DNA of 64,000 nt from an uncultured Gammaproteobacteria bacterium (lineage in GTDB: Bacteria > Pseudomonadota > Gammaproteobacteria > JAURND01), in assembly GCA_963714975.1 (NCBI GenBank), contig CAVQQD010000001.1, positions 288,001-352,000 of the forward strand. Direction: 5' to 3'. The translations under genes and the position numbers were made by a program. Within the stretch, counting starts at the first letter, position 1. Every line of letters begins with the position of its first letter. The notes under the pieces were generated by a model. The model was not told the DNA's origin, did no database searches, and saw nothing but the letters and a program-made list of their open reading frames with translations. Positions 1 through 10,310 of this stretch are shown here, one piece after another.

Positions 1-1
1 G

Positions 2-1342
2 TTAGCGCAGCAAGGCCCAGCCTTGCTGTTTGCAAAGCCAGTAGGCAGCGCTATTCCCCTGCTAGCAAACCTGTTCGGAACTACTAGGCGAGTAGCCTTG
101 GCCATGGGTAAGTCAGATCTGCAGGGTATTCGCGAATTAGGGGAGCTACTGGCCTTTCTTTCTGCGCCCACTCCTCCACAAAACCTGCGCGAGGCTTGGA
201 AAAGCCTGCCGATTGTACAAAAAATTCTAACTATGTCACCAAAAATCGTGAAATCCGGTGACTGCCAAGAATTCGTCCTTGAAAAAAATCAGATCGACTT
301 GCGCAACTTTCCTATTCAAACCTGCTGGCCAGAAGATGCCGGACCGTTGATCACTTGGGGTTTGGTGGTTACCCAAGGTCCTTTACGAAAACGTCAAAAT
401 CTAGGCATTTATCGTCAGCAAGTCATTGCGCCTAACAAGGTGATTATGCGTTGGCTGTCTCATCGAGGGGGGGCTTTAGATTTTCAAGCCTGGCAGCAGG
501 CTCACCCACAGCAACCTTTTCCTGTAGCTGTGGTATTAGGCTGTGATCCTGGGACTTTGCTGGCTGCTGTGACGCCGATCCCGGACTCAATTTCCGAATA
601 CGCTTTTGCGGGATTATTGTCCGGCTATAAAACGGAATTAGTTCCTTGTCTTACTCACGAATTACCGGTTCCAGCAAAAGCAGAGATCATACTGGAAGGA
701 TATATTTATCCGAATGAAACAGCCCTAGAAGGGCCTTTTGGCGATCATACTGGTTATTATAATGAAACAGAAAGATTTCCGGTATTTACCATTGAACGCA
801 TGACTCACCGTCGCAATCCCATTTATCACAGCACCTATACTGGCAGGCCCCCGGATGAACCTTCGGTCCTTGGAGTGGCATTGAATGAACTGTTTATACC
901 TTTATTACAAAAACAATTTCCTGAGATTACTGATTTTTATTTACCTCCTGAAGCTTGTTCTTATCGAATCAGCATTGTATCGATCAAAAAGCACTATGCG
1001 GGCCACGCACAACGCATCATGATGGGTATCTGGTCGTTTTTGCGACAATTCATGTATACCAAATGGATTATTGTCACAGACAACGATATTAATATTCGCG
1101 ATTGGAAAGAGGTCATGTGGGCTGTCAGCACCCGCGCCGACCCCAGTCGAGATACCACTTTAATCGAAAATTCGCCAATCGATTATTTAGACTTTGCCTC
1201 GAAAGTGGCAGGCCTGGGCTCGAAAATAGGCATTGATGCTACGAATAAATGGCCCGGAGAAACCCAGCGCGAGTGGGGGAGGGTCATTACCCAGGACGAG
1301 GCCGTAAAAAAGAGAATCGATCAAATTTGGGAGCAGTTGTAG
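2..1342 (+). CDS. ubiD: 4-hydroxy-3-polyprenylbenzoate decarboxylase (5' end outside window)
   Basis: UbiD motifs [19 protein letters not shown] and GSKIGIDAT; the frame is open back to the window edge. Confidence 0.95.
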   Translation, partial: LAQQGPALLFAKPVGSAIPLLANLFGTTRRVALAMGKSDLQGIRELGELLAFLSAPTPPQNLREAWKSLPIVQKILTMSPKIVKSGDCQEFVLEKNQIDLRNFPIQTCWPEDAGPLITWGLVVTQGPLRKRQNLGIYRQQVIAPNKVIMRWLSHRGGALDFQAWQQAHPQQPFPVAVVLGCDPGTLLAAVTPIPDSISEYAFAGLLSGYKTELVPCLTHELPVPAKAEIILEGYIYPNETALEGPFGDHTGYYNETERFPVFTIERMTHRRNPIYHSTYTGRPPDEPSVLGVALNELFIPLLQKQFPEITDFYLPPEACSYRISIVSIKKHYAGHAQRIMMGIWSFLRQFMYTKWIIVTDNDINIRDWKEVMWAVSTRADPSRDTTLIENSPIDYLDFASKVAGLGSKIGIDATNKWPGETQREWGRVITQDEAVKKRIDQIWEQL

Positions 1343-1370
1343 TAGTGCACCTCTACCAGAGGCGTGCCCC

Positions 1371-4300
1371 TCAGCTCACCCCCGGCCCAGAGAGTGTATT
1401 ATCCTCATCGTTATCCTCATCGTTATCATCCGGGTCTTTGTCTTTAATCGCAACAGCTGCGCATAACCTTGCTAAATCTTGTAACTGATCCACCATTTTC
1501 TTCAGGACATCTTGATACTCAGCGGACTCTCCGCCTGTAGTCTTTGCAAAATTATATAATCGTTGCAATGCCAGTTTCATCGTATCAAGCGTACTCAGTG
1601 ATTCAAGGTTTTTTTCCCATGTGTTCGTCAAGGCTATATACTGAGCACTGATGAGGGTAACGATATCCGAGCGCTTTATTTCGAATGCAGTTAGCGCAGC
1701 GTGAATTTGTTTATCATAAGCCATGACTTCTGAATCTTGCTTCAGTTCGCGCAATACCAAAGCTTGCTTATGTTCATGCTGTGTGCTGTGAAAATTGCCA
1801 AATATTTCTTGTAAATTGACTGTAGGTGCAAGCGTATCGGGTGACTTGAATTCCCTTAAAAAAGTATCGGCTGCCGCATTTAAAGCTTGCGCATTAGCTA
1901 AATGTTTCTCCCAGATAGAGATACGTTTTGCTCTCTCCATCATCTCTTTATCGACCTGATCATTGGCTACATTGGACAAACTTTGCAGGAATTTCTGGAA
2001 ATTATCCAACTTGGCTGCGCGCAACCCGTCTAAGGTTTGCTTTATTGTCTGCGAATACCTATCTTTACAACTAAAGTTTGGTCCTAGCTTTGATGCAAAT
2101 TGTTGCAATCGCTCCAATTGCTTTATATACCCAGCAACCTCGGCGCCCCCTTGAAGATTACCAATCTTACTCCACAAGGTTTTCAATTGTTCGTCTATGA
2201 CTCTGACAATTTCCTTGCCTGTTTCGTTCCATTGAAATATGGCAACACGAATCAGCCCATTGTATTTCTCAGCGTCCGCTCCCTTTCCCGATATTACTAG
2301 ATCAAAAGCTTTCTTGTGCTCATTAACTCTGTCTTCTATTGTTCCTGTGTTTAACAAATCTACCGTAGGATCACGGGATGTTTTCAGTTCGTCTAAAAAA
2401 ATAGTGGCTTTCTCATGGCAAAACTCTATGTCACGTAAATGCTGTTCCCAGATAGATATAGTCTCTACATCATGGCCAATCGCAACAGAAGAGGGTTGAG
2501 CATGCAGCCCTAAAGAGTTAGTTACTCTTTGCTTTTTTTCATCCGATCGAGGAGGAGAAGGATGGTGGAAATGAGAAGGGCTCCAACTCCAGGTTGCAGG
2601 AGAACTACTATTTGCAGTGCGGCTGGAAGCACTACTAGCAGATGAGGAACTGGCGGATGCATGCTGAGCTGATGTTATCTTCAAGGGCGTCTTATCCTCA
2701 TCCGCGACAGTACTCGCAACAAGAGCTCCGTGAAGGGCATTCAATTCTCCTGAGTGTTGCACTATTTCCTGCCTGATAGCTTGATACTGAGGTGACTCTT
2801 CGACTCCTTCCATTGTAAAATTATATAATCGTTGCAATTTCTTTTTAATCTCATTTACCTCACTGAGTGATACAGGCTTGTTTTCCCAGCTGTTTTTTAA
2901 GGCTATATTCTGCTTAGCTATGCGGTCAGCAATTTCCGAGCGCTTTTTTCTGACTTCAGCTAGCGCAGTGTCAATTTGTTTGCCATAGTTATCTTCATCC
3001 GATTGGAGTACAGGAGCTTGCCCAGACTCAGTTTGGCTTCTGTACATAGTTCTTATTTTTTCTGATAAATCAACTGTAGGTATAAGCTTATCGGGTGAGT
3101 TGAATTCCATGAAAAAAGTATCGGTTGCCGCCTTTAAAGCTTGCGCGTTAGCTAGCTGTTTCTTCAAGACAGAGATACGTTTTTCTCTTTCTGTCAGCTT
3201 TTTAGCGTCCTGATCATTGGCTCCATCGAGCTCACTACATTGCTGGGAATCACGCGACCTGACTGAGTGCAACACGACTAAGGCTTGCGTTATTTGCTGC
3301 AAATACACATCTTTACCACGAAAGTTTACTCCTAGCCTTGATGCAAATTGCTGTAATCGTTCCAATTGCTTTATATAACCAACACACTCATCGCCCCATT
3401 GAGAATTACCAATCTTCCCCTGCAAGGCTTGTAATTGTTTCTTTATGACGTTGTTAATATTCTCGCATTTTTCATCCCATTTATACAGGGCAGCACACAT
3501 TAGTGCAACGTATTGCTCAGCGTCCGCTCCCGTGCCCGAGTATAGTAGTGCAAAAGCTTTCGGATCCTTATTCAATCTGTTTTCCATTGTAGTTACTTTT
3601 CCCAAATCTACCGTGGGATCACGGAATGTTTCCAGTTCTTTTAAAAAAGTAGCAGCTTTCTCATGGCAATCTTCCAGATCACGTAAATGCTCTTTCCAGA
3701 TAGATGGAATATCTACATCACGGCCAATCGCAACAGAAGTGCGTTGAACATGCAGCTCTAAAGAGTTAGTTACTCTGTTCTTTTTTTCCTCATCCTTCGA
3801 ATGCGAAAGATTTGAGTATTCGTACTCAGGGTCTAAAAATAGTAAAGCTTTTTTTATGCGCTGCAAAGTAGCTTGATACTCCGCTGGGTTTCTCCGCAGA
3901 TTTTTTGCAAAATTATGCCATTGTTCCAATTGCGCTATAGCACCAGGCACTTGCTCTTTACCCCAATTATCAGATTTGAATTTCTTAATCAAGGCTGTAT
4001 GCTGCTGATTTATGCTGTGTATAATTTCCTTGCGTATTTGCTGAACTAGGATATCGAGCGTTTGCTGCTGATAGCGCGTGGTTTCCTGGCTTTTATCCCT
4101 GCTTCGCAGGGCAAAAGCTTCCAGATGCTTTTCCCAGCTGTTAGTCAATTCCCCCTCTATTGCTTGTACATTGACTGTAAGTGCAAGATTAAGGGGTGAG
4201 TCAAGTTCTGCAATAGGAAGAGAAAGATGATCTAAAGGAAAAGTGTTACAGATTGCAGGAGAACTCATACTATTTGAAGAGAGGCTGGAAGTACTACTAG

Positions 4301-5858
4301 CAGATGGGGAACTGGCAGATGCTTGCTGAGCTGATTCTGGAGCCAAAAGTGTAATAATTTTTGCTGCCATACGTATTCTGAACTCACCCTCCTGGTCCTT
4401 GGGTAAACTTTTCCAGTATTGTACCAGGAACTCTAAATGTAAATGTGCCTGTGCATTTTGTGACTGTAATAACGGAATTATGCTGCTTAGCGCCAATAAA
4501 AATTTATCTCTCGCCCACTGCCTCCTATTGTCAAGTGAGACTCGTAACTTTTGAAATTGTTCTGTTATTTGGGATTCAGTTAAGTCACCTCCAAGATCTG
4601 TGGTCCGATCGCTAATAAAGTTTCTTAACCCTTGTTCACCCTCTATTAATTCAGGCGGTAGCATTTCTTGTGGTATTTGTTCTTCTTCAGGTAATTTGTG
4701 GCTTGTTAAAAAGCCCATCACCTTGCTTTGACAATAACCTGCATCCGGTAATTGTTTTGCAAAATCAAATAATTGCTGCTTTCGCATTTTAGTGAGCGAG
4801 CTATTACATTGCCCCTGAAAGTAATCTGTAATTTCAGAGAGTACTCTCCTATATTGCTCAAAACCGTTATTAATTAATTCGTAATAACGTTTAGCGTCAG
4901 AGCTTGCTTTCATATCTAGCGCACGAAAAGCCTTTGAATTCCGTTCCATTGTTCCCTGTAAATCCAAGTCTGTAGTTTTTTCTCGTAAATTAACCGTGCG
5001 TCTGCCGGGTGTCCTAAGCTCAATTAAAAAAGTTTCAGCTGCTGTTTTTAACTTTTCCACTTTATTTACATAATCCTCCCACACAGATAAATAATTTTCT
5101 GCTAAAGGTGCTGCTTTGGGGCTTTTTTCATCAAGCCTCGGAGAGGGATTCGGAGAGGAATGATGAAAATAAGAAGAATAAGCACGGGAAACTTGAGAAC
5201 TAATGTGGCTTGAAGAAACATGAGATGTTAGGTCATTTTTAAGAATTTTTTCATAATCAATCCAACGTGCAGTATCAGCTGGTTCAAATGTTATCAAACG
5301 ACGTTGAGTGTCAACTATCTGTTGCTTTAAATACTCAATAGCATTATTTGCTTCTTCTATTTTAGGATCATTTTGATAATTGGGTAAACTTGTCCAGTAT
5401 TTCGCAAGGAACTCTATTTGCATTTTTGCGAGGACGCAGCTACGCAGTGTAGATTCATTATCGTCTGATTGCAACAGAGATGCTGCCCCTAGGATCTTTG
5501 AAAAATTTTCCTCTGCCGATGCTTTTGCCTTAGCAAGGGAGGCTCGCGATTCTTGAACGCGCGAAACTGTTATTTTAATTTCGTCTGATGTTAAGTTACC
5601 CTGAGCCCATTCGGAGATAAATGCTGCCAATTGTCCTTGATCGCCCTCTAACAATTCCCGCGGTAAAGTTTCTTGTTTAATTTTTGGTATCGGTTGTTCT
5701 TGAAACTCAGTTTTTTTTGCTAGAGATGAAAATTCATTATAAGCTATGCTCAACGCCGTCATTGCATCAACATAAGTTTTTATTAATAATTTGGGATCTA
5801 AAACATTATCCATCTCTTCAGGTATTTTTATTTTCTTTTCTTTTTGTTCTAATTCCAT
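1371..5858 (-). CDS. 1495-aa orphan helical-repeat protein, candidate Dot/Icm-type effector
   Basis: Long ORF with internally duplicated modules (S[IV]W.[KE]HL...A..TF..E....PTV[DN]L), Ser-rich linkers and an acidic C-terminus. Confidence 0.8.
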   Translation of the reverse strand: MELEQKEKKIKIPEEMDNVLDPKLLIKTYVDAMTALSIAYNEFSSLAKKTEFQEQPIPKIKQETLPRELLEGDQGQLAAFISEWAQGNLTSDEIKITVSRVQESRASLAKAKASAEENFSKILGAASLLQSDDNESTLRSCVLAKMQIEFLAKYWTSLPNYQNDPKIEEANNAIEYLKQQIVDTQRRLITFEPADTARWIDYEKILKNDLTSHVSSSHISSQVSRAYSSYFHHSSPNPSPRLDEKSPKAAPLAENYLSVWEDYVNKVEKLKTAAETFLIELRTPGRRTVNLREKTTDLDLQGTMERNSKAFRALDMKASSDAKRYYELINNGFEQYRRVLSEITDYFQGQCNSSLTKMRKQQLFDFAKQLPDAGYCQSKVMGFLTSHKLPEEEQIPQEMLPPELIEGEQGLRNFISDRTTDLGGDLTESQITEQFQKLRVSLDNRRQWARDKFLLALSSIIPLLQSQNAQAHLHLEFLVQYWKSLPKDQEGEFRIRMAAKIITLLAPESAQQASASSPSASSTSSLSSNSMSSPAICNTFPLDHLSLPIAELDSPLNLALTVNVQAIEGELTNSWEKHLEAFALRSRDKSQETTRYQQQTLDILVQQIRKEIIHSINQQHTALIKKFKSDNWGKEQVPGAIAQLEQWHNFAKNLRRNPAEYQATLQRIKKALLFLDPEYEYSNLSHSKDEEKKNRVTNSLELHVQRTSVAIGRDVDIPSIWKEHLRDLEDCHEKAATFLKELETFRDPTVDLGKVTTMENRLNKDPKAFALLYSGTGADAEQYVALMCAALYKWDEKCENINNVIKKQLQALQGKIGNSQWGDECVGYIKQLERLQQFASRLGVNFRGKDVYLQQITQALVVLHSVRSRDSQQCSELDGANDQDAKKLTEREKRISVLKKQLANAQALKAATDTFFMEFNSPDKLIPTVDLSEKIRTMYRSQTESGQAPVLQSDEDNYGKQIDTALAEVRKKRSEIADRIAKQNIALKNSWENKPVSLSEVNEIKKKLQRLYNFTMEGVEESPQYQAIRQEIVQHSGELNALHGALVASTVADEDKTPLKITSAQHASASSSSASSASSRTANSSSPATWSWSPSHFHHPSPPRSDEKKQRVTNSLGLHAQPSSVAIGHDVETISIWEQHLRDIEFCHEKATIFLDELKTSRDPTVDLLNTGTIEDRVNEHKKAFDLVISGKGADAEKYNGLIRVAIFQWNETGKEIVRVIDEQLKTLWSKIGNLQGGAEVAGYIKQLERLQQFASKLGPNFSCKDRYSQTIKQTLDGLRAAKLDNFQKFLQSLSNVANDQVDKEMMERAKRISIWEKHLANAQALNAAADTFLREFKSPDTLAPTVNLQEIFGNFHSTQHEHKQALVLRELKQDSEVMAYDKQIHAALTAFEIKRSDIVTLISAQYIALTNTWEKNLESLSTLDTMKLALQRLYNFAKTTGGESAEYQDVLKKMVDQLQDLARLCAAVAIKDKDPDDNDEDNDEDNTLSGPGVS

Positions 5859-5933
5859 ATTTCGTTAATCTCACATGGTATATTTTTATTAATGAATGTT
5901 ACCGTTAAAATGATTATGGCGCAAAGGGATTAT

Positions 5934-6920
5934 TCAACAGCGCCCAAAACTGACTACTTCGGCAATGGATTGTGCTTGAGCTGCTAGCATGATCAGGCGA
6001 TCAACGCCAAGGGCTACTCCAGCGCAAGCAGGTAAGCCATGAGATAAAGCGGCTAATAGCGCCTCGTCATTAGGAATTTGTGCCAAACCTAGCTTGTGGC
6101 GTTTTTGGTTATCCGCGACAAAGCGGCGTTTTTGTTCTGCCGCATCGGTTAATTCATGATATCCATTGGCTAACTCGACTTGTCGGAAATATAACTCAAA
6201 CCGTTCTGCCACAGGGGGTTTACCAGGACGAATCTTTGCCAAAGCTGCTTGGCTTGCAGGGAAGTCCGTAATAAATACCGGTCGCTCTTGTCCAAGATAA
6301 GGTTCAATACAATGTGAAAGTAATACATGCAGCCAAAAATCCTTCTGAGCAGGATCTGCCGTATTAAGCTGGATCCCTTGGGTTATGGCAAGTTGTTGCA
6401 GCTCCTGCACTTTGGCTGAATGAGGATTCACGCCTAAATAATGCTGAAAGATTTCCTGATAAGTAACGCGATCCGACTTCTGAGTTTGCAACACCAGCTG
6501 CAACAACTCATCGATCTCATCCATCAATTGGTGATGATTAAATCCCACGCGATACCATTCCAAAATGGTAAATTCAGGATGATGCAGCCGTCCCTGCTCT
6601 TCGCATCGAAATGCCTTACAGAGTTGATAAATGCAACCACTTCCTGCCGCCAGCAAGCGTTTCATGGCAAACTCAGGGGAGGTCTGTAAAAACCACGGCC
6701 CAACTGACATACTGGCGATATGGGGATCAGTCGCGGTGGTGGAAGACAACAAGGGGGTTTCTACCTCTAACACCCCCCTGGCTAAAAAGAAATTACGGAT
6801 AGCGTGGATGATTTGGTTACGCAAACGCAAGGAAGATAATTGAGCACTAGGTCTCCACTGCACATTAGAGGCGTTTATTGCTTGTTTTGTTGACTTTGTT
6901 TTTGGCGCTCTAATATCCAC
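5934..6920 (-). CDS. epmA: EF-P beta-lysine ligase (EpmA/GenX/PoxA); true start may be GTG at 6863
   Basis: LQTSPEFAMKRLLAAG, HHPEFTILEWYR and GVALGVDRL motifs; no anticodon-binding domain; close to efp. Confidence 0.93.
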   Translation of the reverse strand: MDIRAPKTKSTKQAINASNVQWRPSAQLSSLRLRNQIIHAIRNFFLARGVLEVETPLLSSTTATDPHIASMSVGPWFLQTSPEFAMKRLLAAGSGCIYQLCKAFRCEEQGRLHHPEFTILEWYRVGFNHHQLMDEIDELLQLVLQTQKSDRVTYQEIFQHYLGVNPHSAKVQELQQLAITQGIQLNTADPAQKDFWLHVLLSHCIEPYLGQERPVFITDFPASQAALAKIRPGKPPVAERFELYFRQVELANGYHELTDAAEQKRRFVADNQKRHKLGLAQIPNDEALLAALSHGLPACAGVALGVDRLIMLAAQAQSIAEVVSFGRC

Positions 6921-7366
6921 AGCCTTTCCTTAATTGGCAATGACTGCCAATATTCTTGTGATTGTAATTGGATCGAACGCTGTTGTTCTGGGGTAAGCGC
7001 CTCCCATTGCGCCTTAATTGATTTCAAGATGGCGATTCGTTGTTCTGGAGTCATTTGCAACAGAGCTTCTTTTATTTTCATCCGCGCCTCTTCGCGTTCC
7101 TCTGCAGTAAGTGCCATCCACCGCTCATGTATCGCTTCCATCACCTTTTCTTTTTGCGCAGGTGATAATTGGTCTAATACTTCTTTATTGAGGGGTGAGG
7201 AAGAGGTCGCCGGCGGGGGGCTGGAACCTTCTGTTGAATTAACCACATGCGGGATGGTTTCAGAAGATTGAGGAGCCGAAACGAAACTATCTTCTGCTGT
7301 TTGGGCAAGCGAAAGGGGGGCATAGCAGCTGCAAGCCAATACAATAGGAACTAAGGCTTTTTTCAT
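6875..7366 (-). CDS. Secreted protein with ~22-aa W..L[TP].E[EQ]R helical repeats (DUF3106-like)
   Basis: N-terminal signal peptide MKKALVPIVLAC...LSLA; repeats RWMALTAEER, QWEALTPEQQ, YWQSLPIKER. Confidence 0.65.
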   Translation of the reverse strand: MKKALVPIVLACSCYAPLSLAQTAEDSFVSAPQSSETIPHVVNSTEGSSPPPATSSSPLNKEVLDQLSPAQKEKVMEAIHERWMALTAEEREEARMKIKEALLQMTPEQRIAILKSIKAQWEALTPEQQRSIQLQSQEYWQSLPIKERLWILERQKQSQQNKQ

Positions 7367-7444
7367 AATAGAGATCTCTTACATTAATAGAATATTAAAA
7401 TTGTTTATATTTTAGCATTTTTTAGCGCAAAAGGCCAGATAAAT

Positions 7445-7487
7445 CCCCTCATCCGCCTTCGGCACCTTCTCCCACAAGGGGAGAAGG
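7445..7487 (+). repeat. 43-bp REP/CIR-like palindromic unit (family A)
   Basis: CCCCTCATCCGCCTTCGGCACCTTCTCCCACAAGGGGAGAAGG; identical copy at 46770-46812. Confidence 0.9.
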
Positions 7488-7522
7488 ATAAAAGTCAAAG
7501 GCTATTAGTGAGAAGGGATACC

Positions 7523-8084
7523 TCACTCCTTAACCCGCGAGACATATTGACCCGTGCGGGTATCTACCTTCAGCAAATCCCCCTCATTCACAAACAAAGG
7601 CACCAATGCTCACTCCGGTTTCTAAAATCGCAGGCTTGGTAGCTCCACTTACGGTATCTCCTTTGATTCCAGGCTCAGTTTCTCTGACGCGTAGGATGGC
7701 AAAATTGGGGGCGACCAGAGATAAGGGTTGTCCGTTCCATAGCATAACCATGCAAATATCTTGGGGTTTAATCCACAGAGCCGCATCCTCCATCAAGCGA
7801 GCAGAAATGGCATGTTGCTCGAAGGTTTCGTGCACCATAAAATACCAGGATTCTCCATCATTATAGAGGTACTCCATTTCCACCTCGACAATATCCGCCC
7901 CCGGTAAGACATCACCAGACTTGAAGGTTTTTTCCAAAACTCTCCCGGTCTTTAAGTTGCGCAGCTTCACGCGATTAAAAGCCTGGCCCTTGCCTGGTTT
8001 TACAAATTCATTTTCCAAAATACTGCAAGGGTCTCCATCCAGCAGTACTTTTAATCCTGCTTTAAATTCATTAGTTGAATACAT
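7523..8084 (-). CDS. efp: Elongation factor P, frameshifted near 7604 (true C-terminus [26 protein letters not shown] is in another frame)
   Basis: YSTNEFK and KPGKG motifs; the conserved C-terminus is readable after a frameshift, with TGA at 7523-7525. Confidence 0.92.
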
Positions 8085-8093
8085 AGCTCCTCA

Positions 8094-8783
8094 CTAGTTA
8101 TCACGCCATTTTACCGCCAACCCATTTTCATAGCGTAGATCAATTCGTTCTGCTTGTGCTTCTGCTCTAGTAAATATTTGGGGATAAACCTTAACAAAAC
8201 GTTGTAATCGAGGCAATGATTCTTTGGTTCCAAAAAACATTTGGGTACCGTTACTCAGCACTGCACTGAGAGCTTGACGCTCGTCCATCGCTAATTTTAC
8301 GACGGTTAAACGCAATGGAGCCAATAAACGAGCCATGGTTTGATAAAACCCCCAAACTTGCTTTTGCTCTGATTCGGGCCCATTTAGCAATGGAAGATTT
8401 TGAGTATAACGATCCGGCGGAGCGGTAAATAATTGACCTGACACATCAATAAACTTTGTATCACCCCAGCGTACCGCCGGTTTACGCTCCGTAATCTTGA
8501 TAATGACCTGGTTGGGCCAAACACGTTGCGACTCTACTTTAGCGATCCAGGGCAATTGCGATGACAAACTCCGTCTTAAATGAGCCTCATTTAGCCCAAA
8601 AAATCCTTGTCGAACAAAGGGAATAATTTGCTGTTGTAATTGGCGACGATCCACATGCTGATGTTCTGCTTGTAACTTAACCACTCGAATTGGAAAGCGA
8701 GCAGGATCAGTCAAAAAATGCCAACCCACAAGAATACCGCCGATGAACCCACCTACGATCAATATTTGGAAAATTCGGTACAT
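8094..8783 (-). CDS. ftsQ: Cell division protein FtsQ/DivIB
   Basis: N-terminal TM helix, POTRA LPWI....RVWP.....I.ER, C-terminal IDLRYENGLAVKW; GAGGAG RBS before ATG 8783. Confidence 0.88.
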   Translation of the reverse strand: MYRIFQILIVGGFIGGILVGWHFLTDPARFPIRVVKLQAEHQHVDRRQLQQQIIPFVRQGFFGLNEAHLRRSLSSQLPWIAKVESQRVWPNQVIIKITERKPAVRWGDTKFIDVSGQLFTAPPDRYTQNLPLLNGPESEQKQVWGFYQTMARLLAPLRLTVVKLAMDERQALSAVLSNGTQMFFGTKESLPRLQRFVKVYPQIFTRAEAQAERIDLRYENGLAVKWRDN

Positions 8784-8878
8784 TAATATCCCCTCCTCTG
8801 CCCTAGACAAAAAATGAGCGCGGGCACGCAATCGGGCACGTTTACTTTAATGAGGGTGTCCTTAATATGCTGGGAAGC

Positions 8879-9037
8879 TTACTCGTAACAAGTACTCACA
8901 GCCTGATCAGTTTGCTGCCTATTTACGGATATTCCCGCCAAATAAGCGGATACAAAAACCTGCGTCCCGATTGCATCAAATAAATAATCATTTTGACTAA
9001 TTACTTGATTTACTAAATCCATGCTGCCTGGTTCCAT
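8879..9037 (-). CDS. 52-aa small ORF of unknown function (MEPGSMDLVNQVISQNDY...)
   Basis: AAGGAG RBS 7 nt before the ATG; too short for the ORF track. Confidence 0.4.
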   Translation of the reverse strand: MEPGSMDLVNQVISQNDYLFDAIGTQVFVSAYLAGISVNRQQTDQAVSTCYE

Positions 9038-9049
9038 ACTATTACTCCT

Positions 9050-9838
9050 TTAAAAAGTGTTACTCCAAAACATCCCTAATAACTGCCAAGGCATCTTAGC
9101 AAAGAACTCAGGGAGAATCCTAGCCCCAGGGGGGGCCCTCTCCCCCACCCGCAAGCCCTCCTGCAACTGGTAGGCTTGTGCGGCTTGCGGATCATGAATT
9201 TTATCGACAACTTGCACTTCGAGATAGTGGTTCCCAGAACCCAAGGTTCCCACTTCACTGCGCTGGCGTTTTTTAGCCAGATCAGAAACATGTTCCGGCA
9301 TGGCCCCTGCCATTTTGCCTTGTTCTTCAATAAAGAGCAGATCTTCTTTGCTACCAAATCCTTGCTGCACCGCCCATTGCGCACCCCCTCTCAGCATAGC
9401 GTCTAACTCACGGGGCGATAAACATATTTTACCTTCGACACCCACTCCAGCCGGGATATGGGCGTATAATAAATCGGCTAGTTGTTCCGCCTGAGGAAAT
9501 AAATCGGACCAATAAAGATTAGTGCGTAAACAGCGAATACCACAGGAAATATCAAAACCTACCCCGCCAGCCGAAATAATGCCACCTGCGTCAGGATCAA
9601 AAGCGGCTACGCCACCAATAGGGAAGCCGTAACCCCAGTGCGCATCCGGCATCGTCATAGCCGCGCCAACTAAACCAGGCAATTGTGCTACATTTTTAAT
9701 CTGCTCGAGAACTTTCGCATCCATGGTCTCCAACAAGGATTGATCGGCATATAGTTGGATCGGCAAAGGCGAAGTACCTGGCTCAGCTTGTACTGACCAG
9801 CAATAGTCATTAATTTTAGTCAGTTGATTTAAGTCCAT
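9050..9838 (-). pseudogene. rtcB: RtcB RNA ligase, C-terminally truncated (~228 aa of homology)
   Basis: PDAHWGYGFPIG, VGFDISCG and GTLGSGNHYLE motifs; homology ends at a repeat fragment near 9151. Confidence 0.88.
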
Positions 9839-9839
9839 T

Positions 9840-10310
9840 TTAAACGTCCACCACGCAGCGAGCTTCCCATAACTGATCGTTTTGTTGCGCGACGGAAAGC
9901 ATCGTCAAGGTGGCTCCCTTGACTTCAGTACCCCGTTGCATATCCTCACGCCAGGGTTCTCCCCAAGCTTGCCCTTGCCAATGGTCATTATGACGCGTCA
10001 GAGCAAAACGCCCTAAAATTAAGCCATGATGCCGTGCTTCAGCCAACAGTAAGTTAAGCCAGGTAATGAAAGCTAACTCTACATCCGCCTCAACAAATTC
10101 AATCGCAATATTGTTTTTCGCTTCGATAGAAGCTAAATCAGTCATGATCGCGAACATTGATTCCGCAGCAGACACAAAGGCCTCGACCTCAGTTTTGCCA
10201 CGGCCAATGATTCCAATATCTGCTTCATGAGAGAAATAGGGTTCACATTTAGCGGGGATAGTACACCTCGTTTTGGCTTCCTCCTGCATTCTCCTGTTGC
10301 AATTCATCAT
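9840..10310 (-). CDS. Archease (start uncertain)
   Basis: HEADIGI motif, EVKGAT, C-terminal VVDV; directly upstream of rtcB. Confidence 0.9.
   Translation of the reverse strand: MMNCNRRMQEEAKTRCTIPAKCEPYFSHEADIGIIGRGKTEVEAFVSAAESMFAIMTDLASIEAKNNIAIEFVEADVELAFITWLNLLLAEARHHGLILGRFALTRHNDHWQGQAWGEPWREDMQRGTEVKGATLTMLSVAQQNDQLWEARCVVDV

Noticed and set aside
5871-5910. PmrA or CpxR box upstream of the 1495-aa gene
   Set aside because: Half-site pitch is 10 rather than 11, and the match to either consensus is weak in AT-rich DNA.
7590-7615. Programmed ribosomal frameshift in efp
   Set aside because: No slippery heptamer or stimulatory structure; an indel is the simpler explanation.
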